Shown piece after piece: positions 1 to 11,544 of a stretch of 64,000 nt of DNA (position 1 is the first letter of the stretch; the number at the start of each line of letters is the position of its first letter). Source of the stretch: Macrostomum lignano (Eukaryota); NCBI GenBank assembly GCA_002269645.1, contig NIVC01001390.1:124001-188000 (forward strand). Direction: 5' to 3'. The notes beneath the pieces are model-generated. The model was given only the letters and a program-made list of their open reading frames with translations, was not told where the DNA came from and made no database searches. Position numbers and translations under genes: made by a program.

Positions 1-349
1 CGATTGACATAATGAATTACTCAGAAACTTAGTAGTTAAGCATGAATGCCTATGGTAAAATACCAATAATGGAACCATGCTTTGTGGGCGTTAATTAAAA
101 ATCCTCGGGCCGCCCAACGTCTGTCGAGACTATTGAAAATCTTTACTCTGATTCTATGCTAACTAAACCACAAATATGTTTTGTGGGACGAGGCGCATAG
201 GTAATTTTCTCATTTCTGACTATAGATAATTAAGTAGAAAGTTATCGAGGTCAAAGTATCTTAACATCTTAACACATTCAGTTTTACTGCATAAATATAC
301 ATGTAATTCTAGGGCGACTGGATAGCCATCAGGTCATAGCAAATCTTAC

Positions 350-438
350 CTTGGTTGTTGGACGTTCCCATAGTACAGTTCCAACCAGTTGTACTCTGGC
401 GAGGAGGTAACTTTTGGCATTGCTGATATGCGGCAGTG
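350..438 (-). CDS. 5' coding exon (A1) of array gene family A; its partner exons lie before base 1
   Basis: Acceptor tttcag, donor gtaagat, 89 nt; encodes HCRISAMPKVTSSPEYNWLELYYGNVQQP and ends in phase 2. Confidence 0.55.
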
Positions 439-1354
439 CTGAAATTAGTTTTAACTGCTCATATCAGGAGAGGAAGTGAACTCCAAAGCATTTTATAAGC
501 AACAAGTAAAAATAGAACCAACGCGAAAAAAGTCTCTTCTAAAGAAAAAAGAAACGCCTTCATTGACGAAATCCCACAGCCCCTAGGGGCTATTTTGGTG
601 GGGATAAATGAGAAAAGGGGATTTTATGTAAACTTAAGGCTCTTGAATGGAAGCGGTGACCTATAGAGTTGGCGACCATAGGATGCCACTATTTATTTCT
701 TTTCATATCTAATTAGTTTCTCCCCCTGGTTCACCATTAGCGATTGAGAGGCCGGCTAATACTGGTGTGCATGCATAGAACTATACATAGGAAACTTCAT
801 TAAGGACCGAGTTTTTCAATGCGATTTCCGATTTCTATCTTAGGAAATCGCCTACTGAAGAGTAGCAAGAGTGAACCGAATCTCTAATCGTGTGTACGAA
901 AAGTTCTACACCGATAGTCAAATTAGAACTTGTGTGTGGTCACAGGTGAGGTCCTAAACTCAGTGCATATAAGACTATAGTTGACAGCGAGTAAGAGCTG
1001 AGGATTGTGAGCAATTATCACTAAAGAGTTTGGAGAGTCACACGCGTAAGTTAAAGTTTAATAATCAGCTAACACTATCTACGAGCTATATCCGCCGAAA
1101 AGAAGAAGTCAAAGACGTTCAAAAATTCATTCTGCAGTTTATTTGCTTTGTAAAAATCAGTAAAACCTGAATGTAGTTCCAAAATACTGTACACATTGTC
1201 TCCCAGATGAAATAGCGAGGCTTTACTATTCTAACTAAATGCACAGAAGTTTCGAGCATGTCATCGTACTAAGATCTCTCACCCAGCACAGTTCTATTGT
1301 AACTAATTTTTATCTGAAAAGTGGATCGATTCTTACAACTCTTACAGTTTTTCG

Positions 1355-1610
1355 TCAAATGTTTCTACACTGACAGACACTTTCGTGGGTCTCTTTGCGG
1401 CGCGACGGTAGCAGTAGATCTGCTTCTCGACCTTGCTCTCGTTCATGCAGCTTGCATGAGCCATACATAATTCTCGACATCGGATTGGCGGAACGAGTTT
1501 CGGTGATCAGGCAAAATCCCTCGCGCAGGCCTTGCATTAGAAACTCACGGTCATCTTCGTCTTGAAGAAATCTGGACGACGCAGATTCATGCAGTTGGCA
1601 TTGTTCCTGT
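1355..1610 (-). pseudogene. Frameshifted relic of a DIRS/Ngaro-type (tyrosine-recombinase retrotransposon) RT ORF N-terminus; one copy in each of the nine units
   Basis: Pieces across frames: RFLQDEDDREFLMQGLREGFCLI / SDVENY / ESKVEKQI..KRPTKVS. These match the remembered pre-RT pattern D.DREFLL.G...GF.I ... ENY.SA ... KVEKQI ... KPT.VS. Confidence 0.5.
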
Positions 1611-1859
1611 GAAAAGCGTCAGGGATAAAAGCAAAGTTAACATTAATAGGAGTAATACCCAATGGAATTCCTGATATTTGAGCTGAGCTCTTATATAAAT
1701 CGCGATTCTGCTAAGTCTAAGTAAATAATAAAAATTAATTAAAGTTTAAATTCAGCTGATAATTTTGTCTACATGACTTATTGTGCTATTCGCTGAATAA
1801 AGTTAGATTTTCACATTTCGAGTAAGTCAGATTTCGTTGCCGTATCGCATTGACAAGGG

Positions 1860-2225
1860 TGCAAGACGCCATCTGCCTCCCGTCTGATCGCACGCCGAGG
1901 TCCATTACTGTAAGAGTTGGATCTTCAAGCGGCCTTGAAAGCAAAGACTACCTTGCGTTGAGAGCTTCATAGACGGGGCTGTCATAGCTGGAGAAGGTCT
2001 CAATCTGGTTGTCGCAAGTAGGATTGAATGCATCAATGGCATTGACTTACTTGACTCAGCTTCAGGGGGTCCGGGCATCCGGATGCAGCGAGGAGGCGTT
2101 GCCGCCACTTTCCCTAACCTGGTGCTGCGGTGTCGCGCAGGGAGATCCGGAAGTGCCGGTGTCCGCAGGGGTGGTTCCTTGGCCGGAGAGCCCAAGAGGT
2201 GATGGTCGCTCGCCCGGTGACCCAG
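1860..2225 (-). mobile_element. 'L' segment: LINE-linked sequence captured in type I units (also ~6667-7030, ~19260-19620; truncated in type III)
   Basis: Homologous to 35888-36250, which runs directly into a LINE ORF2 C-terminus. The shared junction motif is ggatggtcgctcgcccggt. Confidence 0.55.
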
Positions 2226-2227
2226 AA

Positions 2228-2760
2228 GTCTGTATCCTCTCTACTTCAATGCTGCTTGCATCGCCTGTGATGTCGAGCACGCACAGTGTCGATCGTGACA
2301 GAGTGACGTCGGCTATTCGTGACCACAGTAGGTGACTTGTTTTCTGAAATGGGAAATTTTGCACTTCAAATTTATTGCTCTTGTCTTAATTCCCAATTAG
2401 CTTCTCATGCTGCTTCACCATTAGTGGGAGACCGGCAAATACTGGTGTGCATGCATAGGACTACTTAATAAACCTCATCCGGACCCGGATTTTTCTATGC
2501 GATTTCCAATTTCTATTTTATAAGATTTTTGATTGTGAGGAATTTTTGAGATTTGGATACACTTAGGAGTTCACGTATCTAATAGTACAGTAACTGCTAG
2601 TAACTTTAGTAACTTTCACCACCTGCCTTTTTAATGAAAGTTCCAGTTAAAGGTATGACCGGATGACGGCGCCACCTTGTCGTCAGCTGCGAAGGAGAGT
2701 AAATTATGCAAAGGTTGATTTATCATGCCGCATATCTTATCTTATCAATTGGCTCGCTAT
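2228..2760. promoter_or_regulatory. Conserved non-coding element P, subfamily 2 (also ~7035-7560, ~19625-20155)
   Basis: Blocks shared with other P copies: gtgatgtcg..agagtgacgtc (CRE-like), gtaggtgac, ctgaaatggga (minus-strand acceptor tttcag), caccattag..ccggc.aatactggtg, and a 9-bp stem GATGACGGC/GTCGTCATC (perfect in the unit-2 copy). Its function is inferred, not shown. Confidence 0.35.
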
Positions 2761-3169
2761 GTTGCTACGTGTATCTATCACACACTAACTGTATTATACT
2801 CTAACAGCTTAGGCAATATGCTATCCCTCCTGTAACCACAGACACTCACTAACCATTTTAGTATATTGGATTTCATTCCTATTGTTGGTAATATTTGTAT
2901 ATTTAGTTGGTAATAGTTGGTAACAACTCAAACAACGGATATTCATGACTGGTATATATGCTCTTTATTTTGCTACCGTAGACTAGGGGTAGACAAAGGA
3001 TAAAAAGAGATGAGGGAGAGGGAAGGAAAAATGGGGAAGGCAGGGAAGAAAATGGTAGAAGAAACTTCCACCGCTACTGGCAGTAGTATGTATAGTACAG
3101 GAAAGTGGCTCATTTCGTGCTGAAAATCCATACTCAACGAATGCGATAAAAAATATAAAAAAGAATTCA

Positions 3170-3680
3170 CTTAAAATGCACTACTGCATTGTGTCTCTAG
3201 AACGCAAGGCTTATATATCGCCAAATTAACTTCAATTACAGGTTGCAGACTTGCAGCGTCCGTGATGTCGCAAACGCACTGTGTCAGCGACGGAGTGACG
3301 TCAATCATTCGTGAGTAGGTGACATGACCGCTGAAATGGGAGATTTCGTATTTCAAATTAATTGGTATGCTTGCACTTCCCAAACATGAACGATCCTCTA
3401 ATTTATACTTTATTTTAGCTGCCTACTGAGACTAGCAAGAGAAGAGTGTGAAGCGAATCTCTTATCGTGTGTACAAAAAACAGCTCAGCGGATAATACCA
3501 GTTGACAGCGAGTAAGAACTGAGGACTTCGAGGAATTCAAAATTAAGGTTTGGACACACTAAGTGGTTCATGTTTCTAATAGAAACTGATAGGAAACTTT
3601 AATCACTTTTACCAAAGACCACTAAACTTTTGAGAAGAACTTAAAATATTTAAGTCCTTTTTTATCACTAAAGAGTTTTG
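3170..3680. promoter_or_regulatory. Element P, subfamily 3 (also ~7987, ~11921, ~15896, ~20568); partial subfamily 1 at ~720-1050 in every unit; subfamily 4 at ~24320-24830, ~28263, ~32206
   Basis: Perfect TGACGTCA at 3296-3303, plus shared gcctactga..tagcaaga and cagctcagcgga..agttgacagcgagtaa blocks. Confidence 0.35.
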
Positions 3681-3686
3681 TGAGAG

Positions 3687-3939
3687 AGGAGCGTCGCTCC
3701 TGCAAAAGCTATGGGGCATGCCAATGATTTGTTCCTCCGCCCCACTTTGTGACGCGATATGGAAATCAATAATTTTGCTTCAGAACGCCAAAATGCGTGC
3801 CTGAATGTGGCGCAAAAATGAGTGCCTGTGGCGCTATAATGAGTGTTAACAACACCGATTCCTTAAAACAATGTTGAAATTTAGTCATGTGAAATGCTTG
3901 GCTTTGTGGCCCCCTACCATAATGGATGGGGACGCCCCT
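3687..3939. mobile_element. MITE ~253 bp with AGGGGCGTC/GACGCCCCT terminal inverted repeats (also 8502-8754, ~12437-12689, ~16412-16665, ~21084-21337)
   Basis: The TIR is perfect in the 8502-8754 copy. The element is absent at the homologous position of other P-linked flanks (agagtttggagagtcacacgcg near 1024). Degenerate gagag flanks may be a TSD. Confidence 0.65.
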
Positions 3940-4090
3940 GGAGAGGGAGATACGCGCTTAATTTAGAGCTATAATAATTTAAACTTTCTATTCCCGCCAA
4001 AAATAATTCAAAGAAAAATAGGACTTCCGAAACATTAACCATTCGATCGGTTATTTTTTATTTCCGTCTAAAAGAAACTTGGTTGCATGT

Positions 4091-5247
4091 TTAAATGGCG
4101 CAACCACACGGTAGCTGGGTCAATCTGAAAAGGAATATTTGAATATTTATTAAATCTTAAATACTATTGGCAATGTCTGTGCTACTCCAATAATGAATAT
4201 TAATCACTACTAGTACGTAGATCTGGTAAAACTTACGGATTAGCAAAGCTGACTCCGCCGACCACCCTGGCTACGTGGATTTTGTAACGATCGTTGCATA
4301 TGCTCCGCCGCCGCCGGCTCCTCATCCGCGCTGAGGCGTACTGCCCCGAGCCGGCGCAGGAGACGCTACTGCTCCGCTCCCGTGCTCTGAGGCGCGACCT
4401 GTGACGCCCAACATCGACCCTGGGGCGTAACTTGTTGTTGTTGTTGTTGTTGTTGTTGCATTTCTCAATTTTCAGTTGAAAATTGTTGATTCGAGCACGT
4501 AACGGCATGCCATTATCAATGCCAATTTTTTCGTTGGGCAGACCAATCATGTTTAGAAGTTGCGTGATATCATTTAATTGGCCACAGTAATGGGCTCCAG
4601 GACACTCCTGCTGTTTCAGCTCACCCTCAGTATCAGAAGCCAGGACTTGCTCGAAGCTGCAGAAATATTTTATTGGATCGGCATATCCATGTATTAAGAT
4701 GTAGGATAGTAAAATTTATTGGCAAATTTTAACCAATCTTATATAAACTTCGTAGTTTAATTGAAAAAAAACTTCATTTTTGATTGGTGCAGTGTGACAC
4801 ATCTATGCTGATCGCGATTGACATAATGAATTACTCAGAAACTTAGTAGTTAAGCATGAATGCCTATGGTAAAATACCAATAATGGAACCATGCTTTGTG
4901 GGCGTTAATTAAAAATCCTCGGGCCGCCCAACGTCTGTCGAGACTATTGAAAATCTTTACTCTGATTCTATGCTAACTAAACCACAAATATGTTTTGTGG
5001 GACGAGGCGCATAGGTAATTTTCTCATTTCTGACTATAGATAATTAAGTAGAAAGTTATCGAGGTCAAAGTATCTTAACATCTTAACACCATTCAGTTTT
5101 ACTGCATAAATATACATGTAATTCTAGGGCGACTGGATAGCCATCAGGTCATAGCAAATCTTACCTTGGACGTTGCACGTTGGAGAGTTCCAACCAGTTG
5201 TACTCTGGCGAGGAGGTATCTTTTGGCATTGCTAATATGCGGCAGTG
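4091..5247 (-). CDS. Family A hypothetical spliced gene, copy with in-frame RTE insertion (exons 5247-5165, 4656-4237, 4124-4091)
   Basis: Canonical GT-AG sites with compatible phases and an open frame through all exons. AATAAA lies ~60 nt past the last acceptor. Confidence 0.55.
4300..4461 (+). mobile_element. 5'-truncated RTE-clade LINE 3' end with (TTG)n tail and 7-bp TSD GTTGCAT (second copy at ~21695-21856)
   Basis: Absent from the other A2 copies. GTTGCAT is duplicated at 4293-4299 and 4455-4461. The + strand reads MLRRRRLLIRAEAYCPEPAQETLLL..RRDL*, resembling a deleted RTE ORF C-terminus (RRRRL..GH..R...P), followed by a short UTR and microsatellite tail. Confidence 0.7.
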
Positions 5248-8200
5248 CTGAAATTAGTTTTAACTGCTCATATCAGGAGAGGAAGTGAACTCCAAAGCAT
5301 TTTATAAGCAACAAGTAAAAATAGAACCAACGCGAAAAATTCTCTTCTAAAGAAAAAAGAAACGCCTTCATTGACGAAATCCCACAGCCCCTAGGGGCTA
5401 TTTTGGTGGGGATAAATGAGAAAAGGGGATTTTTGTAAACTTAAGGCTCTTGAATGGAAGCGGTGACCTATAGAGTTGGCGACCATAGGATGCCACTATT
5501 TATTTCTTTTCATATCTAATTAGTTTCTCCCCCTAGTTCACCATTAGCGATTGAGAGGCCGGCTAATACTGGTGTGCATGCATAGAACTATACATAGGAT
5601 ACTTCATTAAGGACCGAGTTTTTCAATGCGATTTCCGATTTCTATCTTAGGAAATCGCCTACTGAAGAGTAGCAAGAGTGAAGCGAATCTCTGATCGTGA
5701 GTACGAAAAGTTCTACACCGATAGTCAAATTAGAACTTGTGTGTGGTCACAGGTGAGGTCCTAAACTCAGTGCATATAAGACTATAGTTGACAGCGAGTA
5801 AGAGCTGAGGATTGTGAGCAATTATCACTAAAGAGTTTGGAGAGTCACACGCGTAAGTTAAAGTTTAATAATCAGCTAACACTATCTACGAGCTATATCC
5901 GCCGAAAAGAAGAAGTCAAAGACGTTCAAAAATTCATTCTGCAGTTTATTTGCTTTGTAAAAATCAGTAAAACCTGAATGTAGTTCCAAAATACTGTACA
6001 CATTGTCTCCCAGATGAAATAGCGAGGCTTTACTATTCTAACTAAATGCACAGAAGTTTCGAGCATGTCATCGTACTAAGATCTCTCACCCAGCACAGTT
6101 CTATTGTAACTAATTTTTATCTGAAAAGTGGATCGATTCTTACAACTCTTACAGTTTTTCGTCAAATGTTTCTACACTGACAGACACTTTCGTGGGTCTC
6201 TTTGCGGCGCAACGGTAGCAGTAGATCTGCTTCTCGACCTTGCTCTCGTTCATGCAGCTTGCATGAGCCATACATAATTCTCGACATCGGATTGGCGGAA
6301 CGAGTTTCGGTGATCAGGCAAAATCCCTCGCGCAGGCCTTGCATTAGAAACTCACGGTCATCTTCGTCTTGAAGAAATCTGGACGACGCAGATTCATGCA
6401 GTTGGCATTGTTCCTGTGAAAAGCGTCAGGGATAAAAGCAGAGTTAACATTAATAGGAGTAATACCCAATGGAGTTCCTGATATTTGAGCTGAGCTCTTA
6501 TATAAATCGCGATTCTGCTAAGTCTAAGTAAATAATAAAAATTAATTAAAGTTTAAATTCAGCTGATAATTTTGTCTACATGACTTATTGTGCTATTCGC
6601 TGAATAAAGTTAGATTTTCACATTTCGAGTAAGTCAGATTGCGTTGCCGTATCGCATTGACAAGGGTGCAAGACGCCATCTGCCTCCCGTCTGATCGCAC
6701 GCCGAGGTCCATTACTGTAAGAGTTGGATCTTCAAGCGGCCTTGAAAGCAAAGACTACCTTGCGTTGAGAGCTTCATAGATGGGGCTGTCATAGCTGGAG
6801 AAGGTCTCAATCTGGTTGTCGCAAGTAGGATTGAATGCATCAATGGCATTGACTTACTTGACTCAGCTTCAGGGGGTCCGGGCATCCGGATGCAGCGAGG
6901 AGGCGTTGCCGCCACTTTCCCTAACCTGGTGCTGCGGTGTCGCGCAGGGAGATCCGGAAGTGCCGGTGTCCGCAGGGGTGGTTCCTTGGCCGGAGAGCCC
7001 AAGAGGTGGATGGTCGCTCGCCCGGTGACCCAGAAGTCTGTATCCTCTCTACTTCAATGCTGCTTGCATCGCCTGTGATGTCGAGCACGCACAGTGTCGA
7101 TCGTGACAGAGTGACGTCGGCTTTTCGGGACCACAGTAGGTGACTTGTTTTCTGAAATGGGAAATTTTGCACTTCAAATTTATTGCTCTTGTCTTAATTC
7201 CCAATTAGCTTCTCATGCTGCTTCACCATTAGTGGGAGACCGGCAAATACTGGTGTGCATGCATAGGACTACTTAATAAACCTCATCCGGACCCGGATTT
7301 TTCTATGCGCTTTCCAATTTCTATTTTATAAGATTTTTGATTGTGAGGAATTTTTGAGATTTGGATACACTTAGGGGCTCACGTATCTAATAGTACAGTA
7401 ACTGCTAGTAACTTTAGTAACTTTGACCACCTGCCTTTTTAATGAAAGTTCCAGTTAAAGGTATGACCGGATGACGGCGCCACCTTGTCGTCATCTGCAA
7501 AGGATAGTAAATTATGCAAAGGTTGATTTATCATGCCGCATATCTTATCTTATCAATTGGCTCGCTATGTTGCTACGTGTATCTATCACACACTAACTGT
7601 ATTATACTCTAACAGCTTAGGCAATATGCTATCCCTCCTGTAACCACAGACACTCATAAACCATTTTAGTATATTGGATTACATTCCCATTGTTGGTAAT
7701 ATTTGTATATTTGTATAATAGTTGGTAATAGTTGGTAACAACTCAAACAACGGATATTCATGACTGGTATGTATGCTCTTTATTTTGCTACCGTAGACTA
7801 GGGGTAGACAAAGGATAAAAAGAGATGGGGGAGAGGGAAGGAAAAAATGGGGAAGGCAGGGAAGAAAATGGTAGAATAAACTTCCATGGCTACTGGCAGT
7901 AGTATGTATAGTACAGGAAAGTGGCTCATTTCGTGCTGAAAATCCATACTCAACGAATGCGATAAAAAATATTAAAAAGAATTCACTTAAAATGCACTAC
8001 TGCATTTTGTCTCTAGAACGCAAGACTTTTATATCGCCAAATTAACTTCAATTACAGGTTGCAGACTTGCAGCGTCCGTGATGTCGCAAACGCACTGTGT
8101 CAGCGACAGAGTGACGTCAATCATTCGTGAGTAGGTGACATGACCGCTGAAATGGGAGATTTCGTATTTCAAATTAATTGGTATGCTTGCACTTCCCAAA

Positions 8201-8906
8201 CACGAACGATCCTCTAATTTATACTTTATTATAGCTGCCTACTGAGAGTACCAAGAGAAGAGTGTGAAGCGAATCTCTTATCGTGTGTACAAAAAACAGC
8301 TCAGCGGATAATACCAGTTGACAGCGAGTAAGAACTGAGGACTTCGAGGAATTCAAAATTAAGGTTTGGACACACTAAGTGGTTCATGTTTCTAATAGAA
8401 ACTGATAGGAAACTTTAATCACTTTTACCAAAGACCACTAAACTTTTGAGTAGAACTTAAAATATTTAAGTCCTTTTTTATCACTAAGGAGTTTGTGAGA
8501 GAGGGGCGTCGCTCCTGCAAAAGCTATGGGGCATGCCAATGATTTGTTCCTCCGCCCCACTTTGTGACCGGATATGGAAATCAATAAATTTGCTTCAGAA
8601 CGCCAAAATGCGTGCCTGAATGTTGCGCTAAAATGAGTGCCTGCGGCGCTATAATGAGTGTTAACAACACCGATTCCTTAAAACAATGTTGAAATTTAGT
8701 CATGTGAAATGCTTGGCTTTGTGGCCCCCTAACATAATGGATGGGGACGCCCCTGGAGAGGAAGATACGCGCTTAATTTAGAGCTATAATAATTTAAAAC
8801 TTTCTATTTCCGCCAAAAAAAATTCAAAGAAAAATTGGACTTCCAAAACATTAACCAATCGATCGGTTATTTTTTATTTCCGTCTAACAAAAACTTGGTT
8901 GCATGT

Positions 8907-9891
8907 TTAAATGGCGCAACCACACGGTAGCTGGGTCAATCTGAAAAGGAATATTTGAATATTTATTAAATCTTAAATACTATTGGCAATGTCTGTGCTA
9001 CTCCAATAATGAATATTCATGACTAGTATGTAGATCTGGTAAAACTTACGGATTAGCAAAGCTGACTCCGCCGACCACCCTGGCAACGTGGATTTTGTAA
9101 CGATCGTTGCATTTCTCAATTTTAAGTTGAAAATTGTTGATTCGAGCACGTAACGGCATGTCATTATCAATGCCATTTTTTATCTCTTCAGACAGTTTGA
9201 TCAGTTTTAGAATTGGCTTGATATCATCGAATTTTCCACAGTAATGGGCTCCAGGAACATCATCCAGCCGTTTCAGCTCACGCTCAGTATCAGAAGCCAG
9301 GACTTCCTCGAAGCTGCAGAAATATTTTATTGTATCGGCACATCCATATATTAAGATGTAAGATAGTAAAATTGATTGCCCAACTTGAAGCAAAATTGAA
9401 AAAAAAACTTCATTTTTGATTGGTGCAGTGTGACACATCTATGCTGATCGCGATTGACATAATGAATTACTCAGAAACTTAGTAGTTAAGCATGACTGCC
9501 TATGGTAAAATACAAATAATATGGAACCATGCTTCGTGGGCGTTAATTAAAAATCCTCGGGCAGCCCAACGTCTGTAGAGACTATTGAAAATCTTTACTC
9601 TGATTCTATGCTAACTAAACCACAAATATGTTTTGTGGGACGAGGCGCATAGGTAATTTTCTCATTTCTGACTATAGATAATTAAGTAGAATGTTATCGA
9701 GGTCAAAGTATCTTAACATCTTATCATCATTCAGTTTTACTGCATAAATATACATGTAATTCTAGGGCGACTGGATAGCCATCAGGTCATAGCAAATCTT
9801 ACCTTGGTTGTTGGACGTTCCCATAGTACAGTTCCAACCAGTTGTACTCTGGCGAGGAGGTAACTTTTGGCATTGCTGATATGCGGCAGTG
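8907..9891 (-). CDS. Family A hypothetical spliced gene, ~122 aa from the first ATG (exons 9891-9803, 9313-9050, 8940-8907)
   Basis: Spliced product MPKVTSSPEYNWLELYYGNVQQPSFEEVLASDTERELKRLDDVPGAHYCGKFDDIKPIL...FQLKIEKCNDRYKIHVARVVGGVSFANPLTQLPCGCAI. Splice sites are conserved in all copies. Confidence 0.6.
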
Positions 9892-11309
9892 CTGAAATTA
9901 GTTTTAACTGCTCATATCAGGAGAGGAAGTGAACTCCAAAGCATTTTATAAGCAACAAGTAAAAATAGAACCAACGCGAAAAAATTCTCTTCTAAAGAAA
10001 AAAGAAACGCCTTCATTGACGAAATCCCACAGCCCCCGAGGGGCTATTTTGATGGGGATAAATGAGAAAAGGGGATTTTATGTAAACTTAAGGCTCTTAA
10101 ATGGAAGCGGTGACCTATAGAGTTGGCGACCATAGGATGCCACTATTTATTTCTTTTCATATCTAATTATTTTCTCCCCCTGGTTCACCATTAGCGATTG
10201 AGAGGCCGGCTAATACTGGTGTGCATGCATAGAACTATACATAGGAAACTTCATTAAGGACCGAGTTTTTCAATGCGATTTCCGATTTCTATCTTAGGAA
10301 AACGCCTACTGAAGAGTAGCAAGAGTAAAGCGAATCTCTAATCGTGTGTACGAAAAGTTCTACACCGATAGTCAAATTAGAACTTGTATGTGGTCACAGG
10401 TGAGGTCCTAAACCCAGTGCATATAAGACTAGTTGACAGCGAGTAAGAGCTGAGGATTGTGAGCAATTATCACTAAAGAGTTTGGAGAGTCACACGCGTA
10501 AGTTAAAGTTTAATAATTAGCTAACACTATCTACGAGCTATATCCGCCGAAAAGAAGAAGTCAAAGACGTTCCAAAATTCATTCTACAGTTTATTTGCTT
10601 TGTAAAAATAAGCAAACCTGAATGTAGTTCCAAATACTGTACACATTGTCTCCCAGATGAAATAGCGAGGCTTTACTATTCTAACTAAATGCACAGAAGT
10701 TTCGAGCATGTCATCGTACTAAGATCTCTCACCCAGCACAGTTCTATTGTAACTAATTTTTATCTGAAAAGTGGATCGATTTTACAACTCTTACAGTTTT
10801 TCGTCAAACTTTTCTACACTGACAGACACTTTCGTGGGTCTCTTTGCGGCGCGACGGTAGCAGTAGATCTGCTTCTCGACCTTGCTCTCGTTCATGCAGC
10901 TTGCATGAGCCATACATAATTCTCAACCTCCGATTGGCGGAACGAGTTTCGGTGATCAGGCAAAATCCCTCGCGCAGGCCTTGCATTAGAAACTCACGGT
11001 CATCTTCGTCTTGAAGAAATCTGGACGACGCAGATTCATGCAGTTGGCATTGTTCCTGTGAAAAGCGTCAGGGATAAAAGCAGAGTTAACATTAATAGGA
11101 GTAATACCCAATGGAGTTCCTGATATTTGAGCTGAGCTCTTATATAAATCGCGATTCTGCTAAGTCTAAGTAAATAATAAAAATTAATTAAAGTTTAAAT
11201 TCAGCTGATAATTTTGTCTGCATGACTTATTGTGCTATTCGATGAATAAAGTTAGATTTTCACATTTCGAGTAAGTCAGATTGCGTTGCCGTATCGCATT
11301 GACAAGGGT

Positions 11310-11544
11310 TGAGTTGAGCGGGAGGCTGACAGTTCCAACCCTCTCTCTCACGCTTAGTCTGACCAGGGACTTCTAGAGATACGGACTGGAAGCTATAATA
11401 GAACACCCCCCATTTTTATCCCTGTGTGGCAAGGCGGCAGTTGTGCTAAACAAGCTAAATGAACTAGCTCTTTCGATTTGAAGTTGAGCAATGGGGTAGG
11501 GGGATTGGGGATCTGTAGAGACAGCCAGTGTGCCGTGTTTTTTT
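11310..11544. other. ~235-bp foreign segment replacing L and P2 in type II units (also 15286-15519)
   Basis: Sharp junctions gacaagggt|tgagttgagc and ttttt|gcttaggcaatatg; not seen elsewhere in the window. Confidence 0.75.

Noticed and set aside
1440-1535. hAT dimerisation-domain reading (ARGILPDHRNSFRQSDVENYVWLMQ)
   Set aside because: No upstream ERxFS motif; the neighbouring frames fit a DIRS RT N-terminus better.
2660-2700. Helitron 3' end at the P hairpin
   Set aside because: No CTRR terminus 10-15 nt from the stem on either strand.
3171-3383. Element P as a coding exon (SRMIDVTPSLTQCVCDITDAA motif shared among copies)
   Set aside because: A ~30-codon core shows in-frame indels, but indels on both sides break the frame between subfamilies and one copy has a stop. 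I treat it as non-coding, although a micro-ORF cannot be fully excluded.
3480-3540. tRNA or SINE within P (AGCTCAGCGGA A-box-like)
   Set aside because: No B box and no cloverleaf.
9929-10120. + strand 63-aa basic ORF
   Set aside because: Open only in unit 3 because of a TAG->CGA change; it is stopped in the other units.
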